Source: Eubacteriales bacterium
GTDB lineage: Bacteria > Bacillota > Clostridia > Oscillospirales > SIG627
Assembly: GCA_045595105.1 (NCBI GenBank)
Contig: JAZNZV010000165.1
Span: 1 to 39,688 of the forward strand
Length of the DNA stretch: 39,688 bases
Direction: 5' to 3'
The notes under the pieces were generated by a model. It saw only the letters and a list, made by a program, of their open reading frames with translations, was not told the DNA's origin and ran no database searches. Both the position numbers and the translations under genes were made by a program. Every line of letters begins with the position of its first letter. The stretch's first letter is position 1. Of the stretch, positions 6,669-15,143 are shown in pieces.

Positions 6669-7120
6669 TTTTCGCTTCTCTTTTCGAGTATTGCTTGAAC
6701 GTTCTTCAGTGCTCGACCATGTGCCGTTGTAACGCTTGAATAGCTCATATCAAGCTCGTCCGCTACCTCAAACATCGTGAGATACTGCACATAGATTTTG
6801 TGAATGATATCGTACTCATAAGCATCAAGCAACTCAATCGTGCTTATGACCTCGGCACGAATCTCTATGAGTCTATCGATATCCTCGGTTATCTCTCGTT
6901 CAATGTCAACGTAACGAGCAATCGCATCAGCCATTGTCTGCCCGTTACCGCCACCACCCTTGACCCTCTCTCCGTCAAGTTTTGATGTGATATTCAGCGC
7001 AACCGCTTTCCATCTCTCAATCTCGATTAGCTTATTCTCTATAAGTCTATCAAGTTTCTTTAATTGTTCAAGAAAAGCCCTTGCTTCTTTACACTTTTTT
7101 GCCCTTCTCCCCATTATCAA
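6662..7120 (-). CDS. Late transcription regulator, DUF1492 / RinA-ArpU-like (sigma70 region-4-like HTH)
   Basis: 152 aa. N-terminal coiled coil. C-terminus YEYDIIHKIYVQYLTMFEVADELDMSYSSVTTAHGRALKNV. Last gene of the early operon. Confidence 0.65.
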   Translation of the reverse strand: MIMGRRAKKCKEARAFLEQLKKLDRLIENKLIEIERWKAVALNITSKLDGERVKGGGGNGQTMADAIARYVDIEREITEDIDRLIEIRAEVISTIELLDAYEYDIIHKIYVQYLTMFEVADELDMSYSSVTTAHGRALKNVQAILEKRSEKG

Positions 7121-7324
7121 TCAGCCCTTCCGTTGTGTCGGAGCTTCGGGCAACTCTGCCCACCACTCGACCATGTTATAGTATTTGTGCCTCGGAGATA
7201 TATCAAACGGATATTGGAATGTTACGCAATGCGTTCTCACGTTGATATTTCCGTACTTGTCACATATGAGATATTTTCCGTCCGTCTCAGGCATTCGGTT
7301 ATTTACGTTAATCCACTCAATCAC
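7121..7324 (-). CDS. DUF551-like small protein
   Basis: VIEWINVNNRMPETDGKYLICDKYGN. GTG 7324 preceded by GGGGGTGA (alternative ATG 7354). Confidence 0.55.
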   Translation of the reverse strand: MIEWINVNNRMPETDGKYLICDKYGNINVRTHCVTFQYPFDISPRHKYYNMVEWWAELPEAPTQRKG

Positions 7325-7328
7325 TCTA

Positions 7329-7562
7329 TCACCCCCACAACAAATCACACACATCTTTAAATTCTTTTATGAGCATATACGCTTGCTTCTTTGTCAGCAC
7401 CGCTATTGACTTCTTGCCGTTCTTTACCGTCATGATACCTATGCTCTTGTTCTCATCATCTGTGAGGTAGAACAAGCCTTTTTCAAGGCTCTCGGTAGCT
7501 CGGATATCATATGTACGCTCTAAGATATCTACCACCATGTCATGACTCTTTTGGAATGCCAT
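7329..7562 (-). CDS. Hypothetical protein (77 aa)
   Basis: ATG 7562 six nt after GGAGGGTG (the ORF track starts at GTG 7568). Confidence 0.6.
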   Translation of the reverse strand: MAFQKSHDMVVDILERTYDIRATESLEKGLFYLTDDENKSIGIMTVKNGKKSIAVLTKKQAYMLIKEFKDVCDLLWG

Positions 7563-7863
7563 TTTCACCCTCCGTCATTTCTTTTATCCTTTTTTCAACA
7601 ACGAATTTAGGAATAAAAACAACTCCCATTTCTTCATTGTTATCGAGATAAAACTCCAAACACGATTTAACTTTCTTAATCTCCGCTTTCTGTCGGTTGA
7701 TAAGGTCGAGGGCATCTCTTTTTAATTTTGGGGCACATCGTTCACCACGATGATAGGCAGCTTCGTCAATATAATAACAACATTCACAACAAGCGAGACC
7801 ACCTCTAATACAACACTCCAAAGCCTTTATGACTTCCTCGTCCGTGTATTTACGTTCGTTCAT
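7540..7863 (-). CDS. Cys-rich hypothetical protein (107 aa)
   Basis: ALECCIRGGLACCECCYY....ERC. RBS GAGAGGTGA. Confidence 0.65.
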   Translation of the reverse strand: MNERKYTDEEVIKALECCIRGGLACCECCYYIDEAAYHRGERCAPKLKRDALDLINRQKAEIKKVKSCLEFYLDNNEEMGVVFIPKFVVEKRIKEMTEGENGIPKES

Positions 7864-7874
7864 TTAATCACCTC

Positions 7875-8078
7875 TCAATCATATGGATATAGTAATTTGT
7901 TCAGCGTATTTAACTCTCTCCGTAGCCTCACAATATCATTGCTTATCTGTGAGCGATTACGGATGCCCCACCAAGACGAGTCCTCGTCAATGTTATCGTC
8001 AATCGATTTGGCAAGTCTGTTCATGAGTTCCTTGCAGAATTTAATCTGCTCTTTTGCTTCTTTGCGCTTATCTTTCAC
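7875..8078 (-). CDS. Hypothetical protein (67 aa)
   Basis: GTGA overlap with the upstream stop; RBS GGAGGTG 7 nt upstream. Confidence 0.55.
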   Translation of the reverse strand: MKDKRKEAKEQIKFCKELMNRLAKSIDDNIDEDSSWWGIRNRSQISNDIVRLRRELNTLNKLLYPYD

Positions 8079-8500
8079 TTCTCCCCACCTCCATCTTCTT
8101 CACGGAAAAGCACCTCATACGGCAATCCCGTTATTTCGATAAGTTTGTCAATAAAGCTCTTCGGTATTTCCTTGTAGCTGCAAACCCTATTCCTCACCAC
8201 TTGATAGTTAGTCCCTAAGGATTCGCCATAAATCAACCTTGTTAATTGAGTCATACTGACGTTGTTTTCTTTCATCCACTTTCTTAGTCCTATGTATTTG
8301 ACATTCTCAAGTTGCTTGTCTGTAACTCTGCGAAACTTTGCGTTTCCACCTATGATTTGAAAGACTCTTTGCCTTGATATGCAAAATTCTTTGCCGACTT
8401 CATCAAGCGTTTTCCCCGAAAGATAAAGTTCTCTCATTTTTTCTTTGCGATCAAGATTCGGGCTTTCTTTTTTCTTTTTAACGCTCATGCTCTCCCACAT
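8075..8500 (-). CDS. HTH DNA-binding protein (sigma70 region-4-like)
   Basis: ELYLSGKTLDEVGKEFCISRQRVFQI. TAATG coupling with the upstream gene. Confidence 0.65.
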   Translation of the reverse strand: MWESMSVKKKKESPNLDRKEKMRELYLSGKTLDEVGKEFCISRQRVFQIIGGNAKFRRVTDKQLENVKYIGLRKWMKENNVSMTQLTRLIYGESLGTNYQVVRNRVCSYKEIPKSFIDKLIEITGLPYEVLFREEDGGGEK

Positions 8501-8691
8501 TATTTCTCCCCACCTCTTTCTTCTGTGCGTGTGTTGAATCTTGCTCTTGCCACTGCATTGAGATAGTCTCTAACCTCAGTGTTATAAAATTCTTCGGAAA
8601 AAGCTCTAACAACTTTCCCATTGTACTCAAAAACCGCATTGCACCGCTTCAAGAGATACCACACAATAAATCTTTTTATCAACTCAACCAT
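8500..8691 (-). CDS. Hypothetical protein (63 aa)
   Basis: ATG 8691 overlaps the upstream TGA; RBS GGAGGAG. Confidence 0.55.
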   Translation of the reverse strand: MVELIKRFIVWYLLKRCNAVFEYNGKVVRAFSEEFYNTEVRDYLNAVARARFNTRTEERGGEK

Positions 8692-9026
8692 CACTCACTC
8701 CTCCTCTCAAGCTCACGCTCGGCTTCTTCACGGGTGAGAAAAATTGTTTTCCCCACATCACACGACCATATTGTCCTCTGTATATCGCTTAACTTGTTAT
8801 GTGTTACGATTTTCAGCAAGTCTCCATCATATTTAATCTTGCTTACTTCGTAAGCTATAACTCTATCCGATATCGGAAGCCATAGTGTATCTCCCACCTT
8901 GCAAGGCGGTCTTATCCACCCGTCCGCAAGGAGTGAGTCGGCTGTATGTTGCGGAGTTATTAACATTCTTTTGGTATACTGTTCGTCAAAGGTTTGGGTT
9001 AATATCTCAATCAATCTGTCTCTCAT
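8691..9026 (-). CDS. Hypothetical protein (111 aa)
   Basis: ORF with RBS; coupled to its neighbours. Confidence 0.65.
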   Translation of the reverse strand: MRDRLIEILTQTFDEQYTKRMLITPQHTADSLLADGWIRPPCKVGDTLWLPISDRVIAYEVSKIKYDGDLLKIVTHNKLSDIQRTIWSCDVGKTIFLTREEAERELERRSE

Positions 9027-9313
9027 TTTTCTTTCCTCTTTCCATCCATTTTTGCCTCACAAACAGGGCATCGTTTCCACATTGGGCTTCCGAGTGTCGC
9101 ACATTCGGAACAATCATAAACCGTCTTGCCAAGCAACCTCTGCTCCAACCACTCACCGTGCCGAATTTCCTCAACATCTGCGGTGGGTAAATTCTCGGCA
9201 TACTCAATAACACTTTCTATACCCAAGACAAAATGCTCGTTGCCGTTTTCTTTGTCGTAATGGTCAATCCTTATAGGGAATTTTTGCAAATCTTCAAGCT
9301 TAATATAAGCCAT
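9023..9313 (-). CDS. Hypothetical protein with a C-terminal zinc ribbon (CSEC...CPVC)
   Basis: ATG 9313 (the track starts one codon earlier at GTG). RBS AAGGTGCGGAG. Confidence 0.6.
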   Translation of the reverse strand: MAYIKLEDLQKFPIRIDHYDKENGNEHFVLGIESVIEYAENLPTADVEEIRHGEWLEQRLLGKTVYDCSECATLGSPMWKRCPVCEAKMDGKRKEK

Positions 9314-9329
9314 CACTCCGCACCTTCTT

Positions 9330-9482
9330 TCACCATTCGTCTATTTCGTATTCGGGGTGTTCGTTGAAATAACAATCTCGGCAAATCCACCCGTTTGGAG
9401 ATTCGTTTGTTCTTATCATTTCGCGTTGTTCGTGCCGTTCTCCACAAACACCGCATTTTCTGTAATACTTGCGCTTCTTCAT
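9330..9482 (-). CDS. Mini zinc-ribbon protein (50 aa; CGVC...CRDC)
   Basis: Hand-translated: MKKRKYYRKCGVCGERHEQREMIRTNESPNGWICRDCYFNEHPEYEIDEW. ATGA overlap with the upstream gene. Below the track cutoff. Confidence 0.5.
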   Translation of the reverse strand: MKKRKYYRKCGVCGERHEQREMIRTNESPNGWICRDCYFNEHPEYEIDEW

Positions 9483-9676
9483 CACTCCTCACCGCCTTTC
9501 TTCGCTCTTATAACTTCTTTGTCTGTGTCTTTGACAATTCTGCCACTTGCACACTTTACGCATTTTATCTGCCACTTGTTTCCGTCCTTGCCCCATCGTC
9601 TTTCAAAGTGTCCATATCCGACAGAAACATAAGCACCGCAACAATAACAAAACCCTGCGTATTTATTCCGTGCCAT
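9482..9676 (-). CDS. Mini zinc-ribbon protein (64 aa; CYCC...CVKC)
   Basis: TAATG coupling. Confidence 0.6.
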   Translation of the reverse strand: MARNKYAGFCYCCGAYVSVGYGHFERRWGKDGNKWQIKCVKCASGRIVKDTDKEVIRAKKGGEE

Positions 9677-9855
9677 TACTCAGCACCTTCTTCCTCGCCA
9701 TAATCATCAACCACACCGAAATCGCAATTATCAAACGCAATTTCCAATTCGTGCAAGAAATTCTCACTTTCTCGACATACGCAAACTGCAATAAGTTTTC
9801 CGTGGTTATCTCTTACCATTTCTACATACTTACATTCCGCACACATACATCCCAT
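9676..9855 (-). CDS. Cys-rich mini-protein (59 aa)
   Basis: Hand-translated: MGCMCAECKYVEMVRDNHGKLIAVCVCRESENF... TAATG overlaps at both ends. Below the track cutoff. Confidence 0.5.
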   Translation of the reverse strand: MGCMCAECKYVEMVRDNHGKLIAVCVCRESENFLHELEIAFDNCDFGVVDDYGEEEGAE

Positions 9856-10040
9856 TATTCAGCACCGCCTTTCATAAATATTTTTTCGTCAAGTATCATT
9901 TCGATATTGTCAAGCGATATAGTGAGTTCTTTTCCATTGCTTAAACAAGCCACAATAGGAGAATTACTATCAACAACCATTACCGAAAGAACATTATCAA
10001 TTATTTTTTCCTTTTCTCCGTTGTTATAGTGTATTCTCAT
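9855..10040 (-). CDS. Hypothetical protein (61 aa)
   Basis: ATGA and TAATG coupling. Confidence 0.55.
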   Translation of the reverse strand: MRIHYNNGEKEKIIDNVLSVMVVDSNSPIVACLSNGKELTISLDNIEMILDEKIFMKGGAE

Positions 10041-10354
10041 TCCTCGTCACCGCCTTTCTCGGTTAGGTGGGCGGCAAGTGCTTCCCACTCTTCAACTTCT
10101 TTCTTTGCTCTCAACAATCTTTTTTCAAGTGCTTCAACAGTTTTCTTTTTCATTTCCAAAATTGCTTCAATATATCGCTTGGGGTCATTGTCAAGACAAT
10201 ACATTGCATTACCATAATGATTTGATAACTTGTTTATTTCGTCCTTGTTTATTCTTGTATAGCGACCTATATATGTTTTCGGCTTTTCCTCAACTTCAAT
10301 TTCCTCAACAACAAAATTTGTTCTATATGATTTTCTAAATACATAAAGTTTCAT
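10037..10354 (-). CDS. Hypothetical protein (105 aa)
   Basis: ATGA coupling at both ends. Confidence 0.6.
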   Translation of the reverse strand: MKLYVFRKSYRTNFVVEEIEVEEKPKTYIGRYTRINKDEINKLSNHYGNAMYCLDNDPKRYIEAILEMKKKTVEALEKRLLRAKKEVEEWEALAAHLTEKGGDEE

Positions 10355-10674
10355 TTCCCCTCATCCTCCTTCTCGGTCAGCATCTCATACAGCTTGACCT
10401 GCTTACGTAACTGTCTCTTGCTCATGCGTTTGGTACACGATGCATGAAAGACCATGCGCTCGTCCTTGTAAATGTGGATGTGATTGTTACCGCATTGCAC
10501 CACAGTATACTCACCCACCTTGACCGACCTTTCCTTCCGTCTCTTCTCGCCCCACCGATAAGACTTACCGCAGAAGACACACTTGTCTTGCTCATATGCG
10601 AATTCACCGCAGTACGGACACATCGGATAGAGGTCTCCGTCACCAAACTCGTCAATCCATTTGACTTTTTTCAT
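10351..10674 (-). CDS. Zinc-ribbon protein (107 aa; CPYC...CVFC)
   Basis: ATG 10674 preceded by AAAGGAG (the track ORF extends to 10719 without an RBS). Confidence 0.6.
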   Translation of the reverse strand: MKKVKWIDEFGDGDLYPMCPYCGEFAYEQDKCVFCGKSYRWGEKRRKERSVKVGEYTVVQCGNNHIHIYKDERMVFHASCTKRMSKRQLRKQVKLYEMLTEKEDEGK

Positions 10675-10792
10675 TTTGTTCTCCTTTAATCCTTTGAATT
10701 TGCGCACCATTTGCGACACACTCGTTTTTCTCGCTCTTGCCCTAATGAGGATATACCCGAAAGAGAAAACGCATTGTAGCGCAATCTGTGCG

Positions 10793-11119
10793 TTATTTGA
10801 GCATCCTCGCTTTTAGTCTCATAATCTTATAGGATATCGTGTCCTCAAGCTCTTCGTAGTCGATAGCGTTAAACCTCTTGCAAAATATCTCCGTAAGCTG
10901 TGCGAGCATGATGTAAACATCCGCAATCTCTTCCTGCACGTGGGCAATGCTCTCCTTGTGACCCTCGGTCAATCGAGCCTGCCGTTCCTTGAGTAAGGCT
11001 TGTGTCAATTCAGCCATCTCCTCGATAACCTTGTCTATCTGTGCCGATGTGCCGAAGATGTCAATAGCTTTCTCAAGGATATCCGAGCCAACCGATATGA
11101 CCGATGATGGTATTTTCAT
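10793..11119 (-). CDS. MazG-like nucleotide pyrophosphohydrolase
   Basis: EEMAELTQAL .... EEIADVYIML (paired ExxAE / ExxD helices). ATG 11119 after AAGAGGTGA. Confidence 0.65.
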   Translation of the reverse strand: MKIPSSVISVGSDILEKAIDIFGTSAQIDKVIEEMAELTQALLKERQARLTEGHKESIAHVQEEIADVYIMLAQLTEIFCKRFNAIDYEELEDTISYKIMRLKARMLK

Positions 11120-11124
11120 TTCTC

Positions 11125-11343
11125 TCACCTCTTTCCGTTTCTTTTTATCATTCTTATCTTGCCCTTGATAAGAACATCGTCAGCTTCGTTTCCTGCCCTC
11201 TTCAATTGATACTTCAGCCGTCTCTCTTCCTCAAGGGCTTCACGATAGGACAGATATCTCTCGCAATTACTGTGACAGTTTTCGTGTCTTTCGGAACATT
11301 TCCAACAAGGGCTTTTCGTCTTCCACTTATAAGGCGGTTTCAT
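11125..11343 (-). CDS. Cys/His-rich small protein (72 aa)
   Basis: CWKCSERHENCHSNCERY. ATGA overlap with the replisome organizer gene. Confidence 0.6.
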   Translation of the reverse strand: MKPPYKWKTKSPCWKCSERHENCHSNCERYLSYREALEEERRLKYQLKRAGNEADDVLIKGKIRMIKRNGKR

Positions 11344-12068
11344 GACCTCACCGCCCTATCTTCGTTGTACCATTTAAGGATGGTTTCGTAGTGATTCTTG
11401 ACTGTGGCGTTCTTTTCTCGGATAAACGCATTAAGTCTGTCAACGTACTCATCGAACATTTCAAGCCCCAATTTGTTGAGCAAATCCGATATTTGATTTT
11501 CACTCAACATTACCTCTCCCCGAAAAAAATCCAATTTGCCGTCGGTGTCGTTGTAGTCAGGTGCGTCAGCACCGCTTACTACTTCTACTTCTTCTCTTTT
11601 CTTTTCTTCTCTTTTCTTATCTATTCTGTCAGCGTTACATGGCGTTACTGTAGCGTTACATGTAACGTTACCGCTTGCAAGAGCCTTTTGTTTCTCTCTG
11701 CTTTTAGCTACTCTTTTGCGTGTCTTTTCCCTTGCTTTTTCGAGCGCATCAAGGCTTTGGTGCTTCTCCCAATTTGGAATAGTGATTACATCGTTGACAT
11801 ACTCAATCATCCCGAATTGCTCAAAGGTCTGTAGCGCAAGCTGAACAGTAGACTCTTTTCGTCTAAAGATAGTAGCGAGCATCTTGTCGGTGTAGGCAAA
11901 TTTGTTTCTCATCGTAAATACACCGCTATTGTTCTGCTTCCCTGCAAGGCACAAGAGCTTAAACCATATGACGATGATCGAATCAGCTTCGGGAAGGCTC
12001 TCTATCAAGAGCATCTTCTCATCGTCGAATACATCTGTTACTATCTTTATCCATTTAGCTTCTGCCAT
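11340..12068 (-). CDS. Phage replisome organizer (N-terminal Phage_rep_org_N-like domain)
   Basis: WIKIVTDVFDDEKMLLIESLPEADSIIVIWFKLLCLAGKQNNSGVF...YTDKMLATIF...VQLALQTFEQFGMI. Confidence 0.75.
   Translation of the reverse strand: MAEAKWIKIVTDVFDDEKMLLIESLPEADSIIVIWFKLLCLAGKQNNSGVFTMRNKFAYTDKMLATIFRRKESTVQLALQTFEQFGMIEYVNDVITIPNWEKHQSLDALEKAREKTRKRVAKSREKQKALASGNVTCNATVTPCNADRIDKKREEKKREEVEVVSGADAPDYNDTDGKLDFFRGEVMLSENQISDLLNKLGLEMFDEYVDRLNAFIREKNATVKNHYETILKWYNEDRAVRS
11581..11672. other. Candidate replication origin inside the organizer gene: CGTTAC iterons, overlapping palindromes and a 40-nt homopyrimidine tract
   Basis: CGTTAC at 11633, 11643, 11654 and 11666 (10-12 bp spacing). Palindromes CGTTACATGTAACG and GTAACGTTAC. 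C/T-only-like tract at 11581-11622. Confidence 0.45.
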
Positions 12069-12390
12069 TTTCCCTGCTCCTTGCGAAATCTCTGTAAACT
12101 ATCTCGTTGCCGTTGCGATAACTCTGTGTCTTCTCGTTTCCCGATAATTCAGGAAACTCACGCTGTATCTTCTGTCGTGCTCGTCTCACGCTTTCAAAAG
12201 GTGGAAAGCCCCATGCCGACATATTGATAAGAAAGTCCTTGACGAGAATGTGATTGATGTTGATGCGATTCGTTGCCGACAGTACGTTAAGCACCTTGAG
12301 ATATAGATAGCTGTCACAATTCCTCGCTCTTGCATCCTCAATGAGTATTTCCTTAACAAGCCTCTTAACGACTATAAGTCTATTCCTCAC
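12055..12390 (-). CDS. Hypothetical protein (about 111 aa)
   Basis: GTG 12390 after GAGAGGGTG. The longer track ORF (to 12480) would overlap the upstream gene by 100 nt. Start is uncertain. Confidence 0.5.
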   Translation of the reverse strand: MRNRLIVVKRLVKEILIEDARARNCDSYLYLKVLNVLSATNRININHILVKDFLINMSAWGFPPFESVRRARQKIQREFPELSGNEKTQSYRNGNEIVYRDFARSRENGRS

Positions 12391-12955
12391 TCCGTTCACC
12401 CTCTCGAATGAAATCTTCAAACTTTCGCATTGCCTTTTCTTGATTCTTGGTAGGTGGATTCTTCTTCGGGACGAAATCAAGGTGCTTGCTGAACAAGTCC
12501 GCTACAAATCGTCTTGCGTTCTTCTTGCCTTGCTCGATTCCGTCATAATAGCCCTTGCCCGACTTGCGATTCTCAAGAGCAACCTTGCCCGTTGTACCAC
12601 CGCTCTCATGATTCCGTAGCTGATAGCCGTGATTCGCATAGAGCTTGATAAAATACTGCTCTCTCTCGTCAAGCTCCTTTTCGGGAAACTGCAAGCAATT
12701 CACTTTCCATCCCGTCACGTTATCCTCGCTCCACAGACCATGTTTTTTAAGGGAGAGGTCTATGTGCTGATAACCACTCAAATGGTCTGCAAGCCTTGAC
12801 AGAAGGTGCTTTGCTTTGCCTATGTACGCCCACTTAAAGCCGTTCTCCTCTCTTATGAGAAAGTAAATACCGCTTGTTTCGGGACAGTTCGGGCAAGCAT
12901 CAAGGATTCTCTCTTTATTTGCTTTCTTAATTGCGTCTATCTGTTTGTAGTTCAT
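12380..12955 (-). CDS. GIY-YIG nuclease domain protein
   Basis: SGIYFLIREENGFKWAYIGKAKHLLSRLADHL. Start ATG 12955 (alternative 12994). Confidence 0.7.
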   Translation of the reverse strand: MNYKQIDAIKKANKERILDACPNCPETSGIYFLIREENGFKWAYIGKAKHLLSRLADHLSGYQHIDLSLKKHGLWSEDNVTGWKVNCLQFPEKELDEREQYFIKLYANHGYQLRNHESGGTTGKVALENRKSGKGYYDGIEQGKKNARRFVADLFSKHLDFVPKKNPPTKNQEKAMRKFEDFIREGERSEE

Positions 12956-13023
12956 TTGTGCGCTCCCGTCCTGCGCTCGTGAATGGGGATGCATTCACCC
13001 CCAAACACGAAACGCAAAATGTG

Positions 13024-13581
13024 TTAATTGAATGGCAAATCATCATCATCGGCAATCTCCTCGTATTTAGGAGCACTTGAATAAGGCTTTTGATCTTCGG
13101 AGAGTTTCTTGAGAGCGGGCACCTTGAATTCTCCGTTCTTTATCTCCTCGACAGTTTTGACGGAGTGAACGTAGAGCCTTGTGCCGATTGTTCCGTCATT
13201 CTTCTTATACTCTTCCTTACCGAGCACCAAACCGACAAACTTACCGACAAGCCCCTGCTCGTTCCAATCCCACTTGTAGCCGTTGTTTGATTGCTCAACG
13301 CAGTTTGTAAAGTGTTTGAACATTCCGAGAGCCTTTTCCTTATAGGAGCGTACAAACTTACCGCCCCAATAGCCCCACTTGTCAAAGTTCTCCTTGTGAA
13401 ATCCTGCAAACTGACCGACTACAAAATCGTACTCGATGTTGAGATAGTCACCCTTGTTTGTGTTGAGGTCAAAAGGGATGTCGGTTGCTTTCGTGATAAC
13501 GCAGATATATCCGTCTGCATCGGGTCTTGCAAACTCTCCGCTTGTTGCCTGAACATTCTCATAATTGTTAATAGGTCTCAT
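13024..13581 (-). CDS. ssDNA-binding protein-like (DUF669-type) with an acidic SSB tail
   Basis: 185 aa ending ADDDDLPFN. Adjacent to the Sak4-like ATPase. RBS AAGAGGT. Confidence 0.6.
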   Translation of the reverse strand: MRPINNYENVQATSGEFARPDADGYICVITKATDIPFDLNTNKGDYLNIEYDFVVGQFAGFHKENFDKWGYWGGKFVRSYKEKALGMFKHFTNCVEQSNNGYKWDWNEQGLVGKFVGLVLGKEEYKKNDGTIGTRLYVHSVKTVEEIKNGEFKVPALKKLSEDQKPYSSAPKYEEIADDDDLPFN

Positions 13582-13586
13582 GCTTT

Positions 13587-13838
13587 TTACCTCTTGCTTT
13601 CTTCTTTTTCTTTAATTTCTCCGTCAAAGGTCAATGGACAGTTACTGCCGATATACCTCTGCGGATATTCACTTATCTCTTTTGTTAGCTGACACGCTCC
13701 CGTGTTACGGCTGAAAAACTTACATTGATAGCACGACACATCGGGATTATCTTTCCAATCCACGGGAAAATGCACTTTTACTGTACACTCCCCGACTATG
13801 TAGGCTTTTACGCCACTATCAAAATTTGCAATAACCAA
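13587..13838 (-). CDS. Cys-rich hypothetical protein (83 aa)
   Basis: CYQCKFF....GACQL....NCPL. TTG start lies very close to GGGGGTGA, so the start is uncertain. Confidence 0.5.
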   Translation of the reverse strand: MVIANFDSGVKAYIVGECTVKVHFPVDWKDNPDVSCYQCKFFSRNTGACQLTKEISEYPQRYIGSNCPLTFDGEIKEKEESKR

Positions 13839-14346
13839 TCACCCCCGACAAATCGTAACAATCACTTAAATACTCCATAAGACTTCTTTCGGGGTTTTCG
13901 GGGTTTGTTCCATATAGTGTATGAAACTCAAAATGACAATTTTTACACAAACAAACGCACTTCTTTACCTCGTCTTCAACAACTTGTAATGACTTCCGAG
14001 GAGTAACCTTTCCTATGTTCATGAGTTTGTCTTTTGGGTTTACGTGGTGAAATTCAATCACACACGCCCTATCTTCCCCACATTTCACACAAGGGGTTTT
14101 CAGCCCTTGAATTCTTAATCTCCAAAGCTTTGTTTTTTCGATCCGTTCTTCCTTGTGTTTTTCGGCGTATTCCTTGTGATATTTTGCGATTTCTTTTTTC
14201 TTTGTTACAGAACGTTTTGCCATCCTGCCCTTGTGGCATTCTTTGCAAATATTAGCCAATCCGTCATTGGATTTTGGATTTTTGTAGAATCCGTCAGCGT
14301 TTTTTGCGGTGTGGCAAACATAACAAACCTTATGTATTTCCATCAT
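13819..14346 (-). CDS. HNH endonuclease with Zn-finger repeats
   Basis: CYVCH...CKECH ... CVKCGEDRACVIEFHHVNPKDK ... CKNCHFEFH. ATG 14346 after GGTGG. Confidence 0.7.
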   Translation of the reverse strand: MMEIHKVCYVCHTAKNADGFYKNPKSNDGLANICKECHKGRMAKRSVTKKKEIAKYHKEYAEKHKEERIEKTKLWRLRIQGLKTPCVKCGEDRACVIEFHHVNPKDKLMNIGKVTPRKSLQVVEDEVKKCVCLCKNCHFEFHTLYGTNPENPERSLMEYLSDCYDLSGVIGYCKF

Positions 14347-14977
14347 CTTTACCACCAAAGCCGTAAAACTCTACTATCCTATCGTCAACTGCCTTTAGGT
14401 CATTGTCTATTTCAAGCTCAAACATATCTTCGGGAGACTTTGCGATATCACTTGAGCCACCCTGCGTCTTGAAATAGTGTCTCTGTCCGCTTGTCATGCA
14501 ATGCAAGCAAACAGTAAACATTCCCTCAATGCAGACCTTTTCGTCAAGGAGCTTTCCAATTGTTCTAACCTTTACCTCGCCCACATCGTTGCTGATTTCG
14601 TGCATCATGAAGTACACACGGACATCTTCGGGAAGACTTGTCTTTATAAAGTTTATTAAACTCCAAAATTCATCTCCGATGGTGTTGAATAGGTCAAACG
14701 TGCTTGAGCCACCTTTGGGATTGCTATGCCCCGACATGAACGTGTTTGTCATCAAATATCCTGCATCGTCAATCACGGCAACTTTACAAGGCATCTTCTG
14801 CAACTGCGACTTAATCTTGTCGTAATTAGCAGTTTTAGCTTCGTACTTGAATTTCTTGGGGAAGGGCAAACGCTTTGATATTACATTTACAAGAAAAATT
14901 TCGTCTTCCGCAAAGTTCTTCAAAGACCGACTCTTTCCGCTTCCCGATTTTCCATAAATCAAAATAGGCTCTGCCAT
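14330..14977 (-). CDS. Sak4-like / AAA_24 RecA-family ATPase
   Basis: MAEPILIYGKSGSGKS (Walker A), VAVIDDAGYLM (Walker B). ATG 14977 after GGAAAGGAG. Confidence 0.7.
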   Translation of the reverse strand: MAEPILIYGKSGSGKSRSLKNFAEDEIFLVNVISKRLPFPKKFKYEAKTANYDKIKSQLQKMPCKVAVIDDAGYLMTNTFMSGHSNPKGGSSTFDLFNTIGDEFWSLINFIKTSLPEDVRVYFMMHEISNDVGEVKVRTIGKLLDEKVCIEGMFTVCLHCMTSGQRHYFKTQGGSSDIAKSPEDMFELEIDNDLKAVDDRIVEFYGFGGKDDGNT

Positions 14978-14981
14978 GTCT

Positions 14982-15140
14982 TTACTCCTTTCCCTGCGTA
15001 GCGTTGTCTTCAATGCCTAAGATAAGTTTGATATCCTCGGCAAATATACACTTACCACTCGTCAGCATTCTTGCAATGATGGTCAACTGCTCCTCTTTGC
15101 GGATGAGTTCTGTATAGCGTTCAATTGAGATGTTTCCCAT
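14982..15140 (-). CDS. Small hypothetical protein (52 aa)
   Basis: Hand-translated: MGNISIERYTELIRKEEQLTIIARMLTSGKCIFAEDIKLILGIEDNATQGKE. Its 3' end carries the RBS of the next gene. Below the track cutoff. Confidence 0.5.
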   Translation of the reverse strand: MGNISIERYTELIRKEEQLTIIARMLTSGKCIFAEDIKLILGIEDNATQGKE

Positions 15141-15143
15141 TTT

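Noticed and set aside
10675-10792. Possible middle promoter or terminator in the 118-nt gap after the MazG-like gene (AACGCA...TGCGTT, TACAAT, CGCAAAT x2)
   Set aside because: The stem is only 6 bp with a 15-nt loop, and the TACAAT has no acceptable -35. The evidence is too weak to call.
10789-10804. 16-nt identity (TGCGTTATTTGAGCAT) shared with 19466-19481 at the 3' ends of the MazG-like and endolysin genes
   Set aside because: Both genes simply end in MLK-stop followed by CGCA. The match is too short and has no flanking similarity, so it is probably coincidental.
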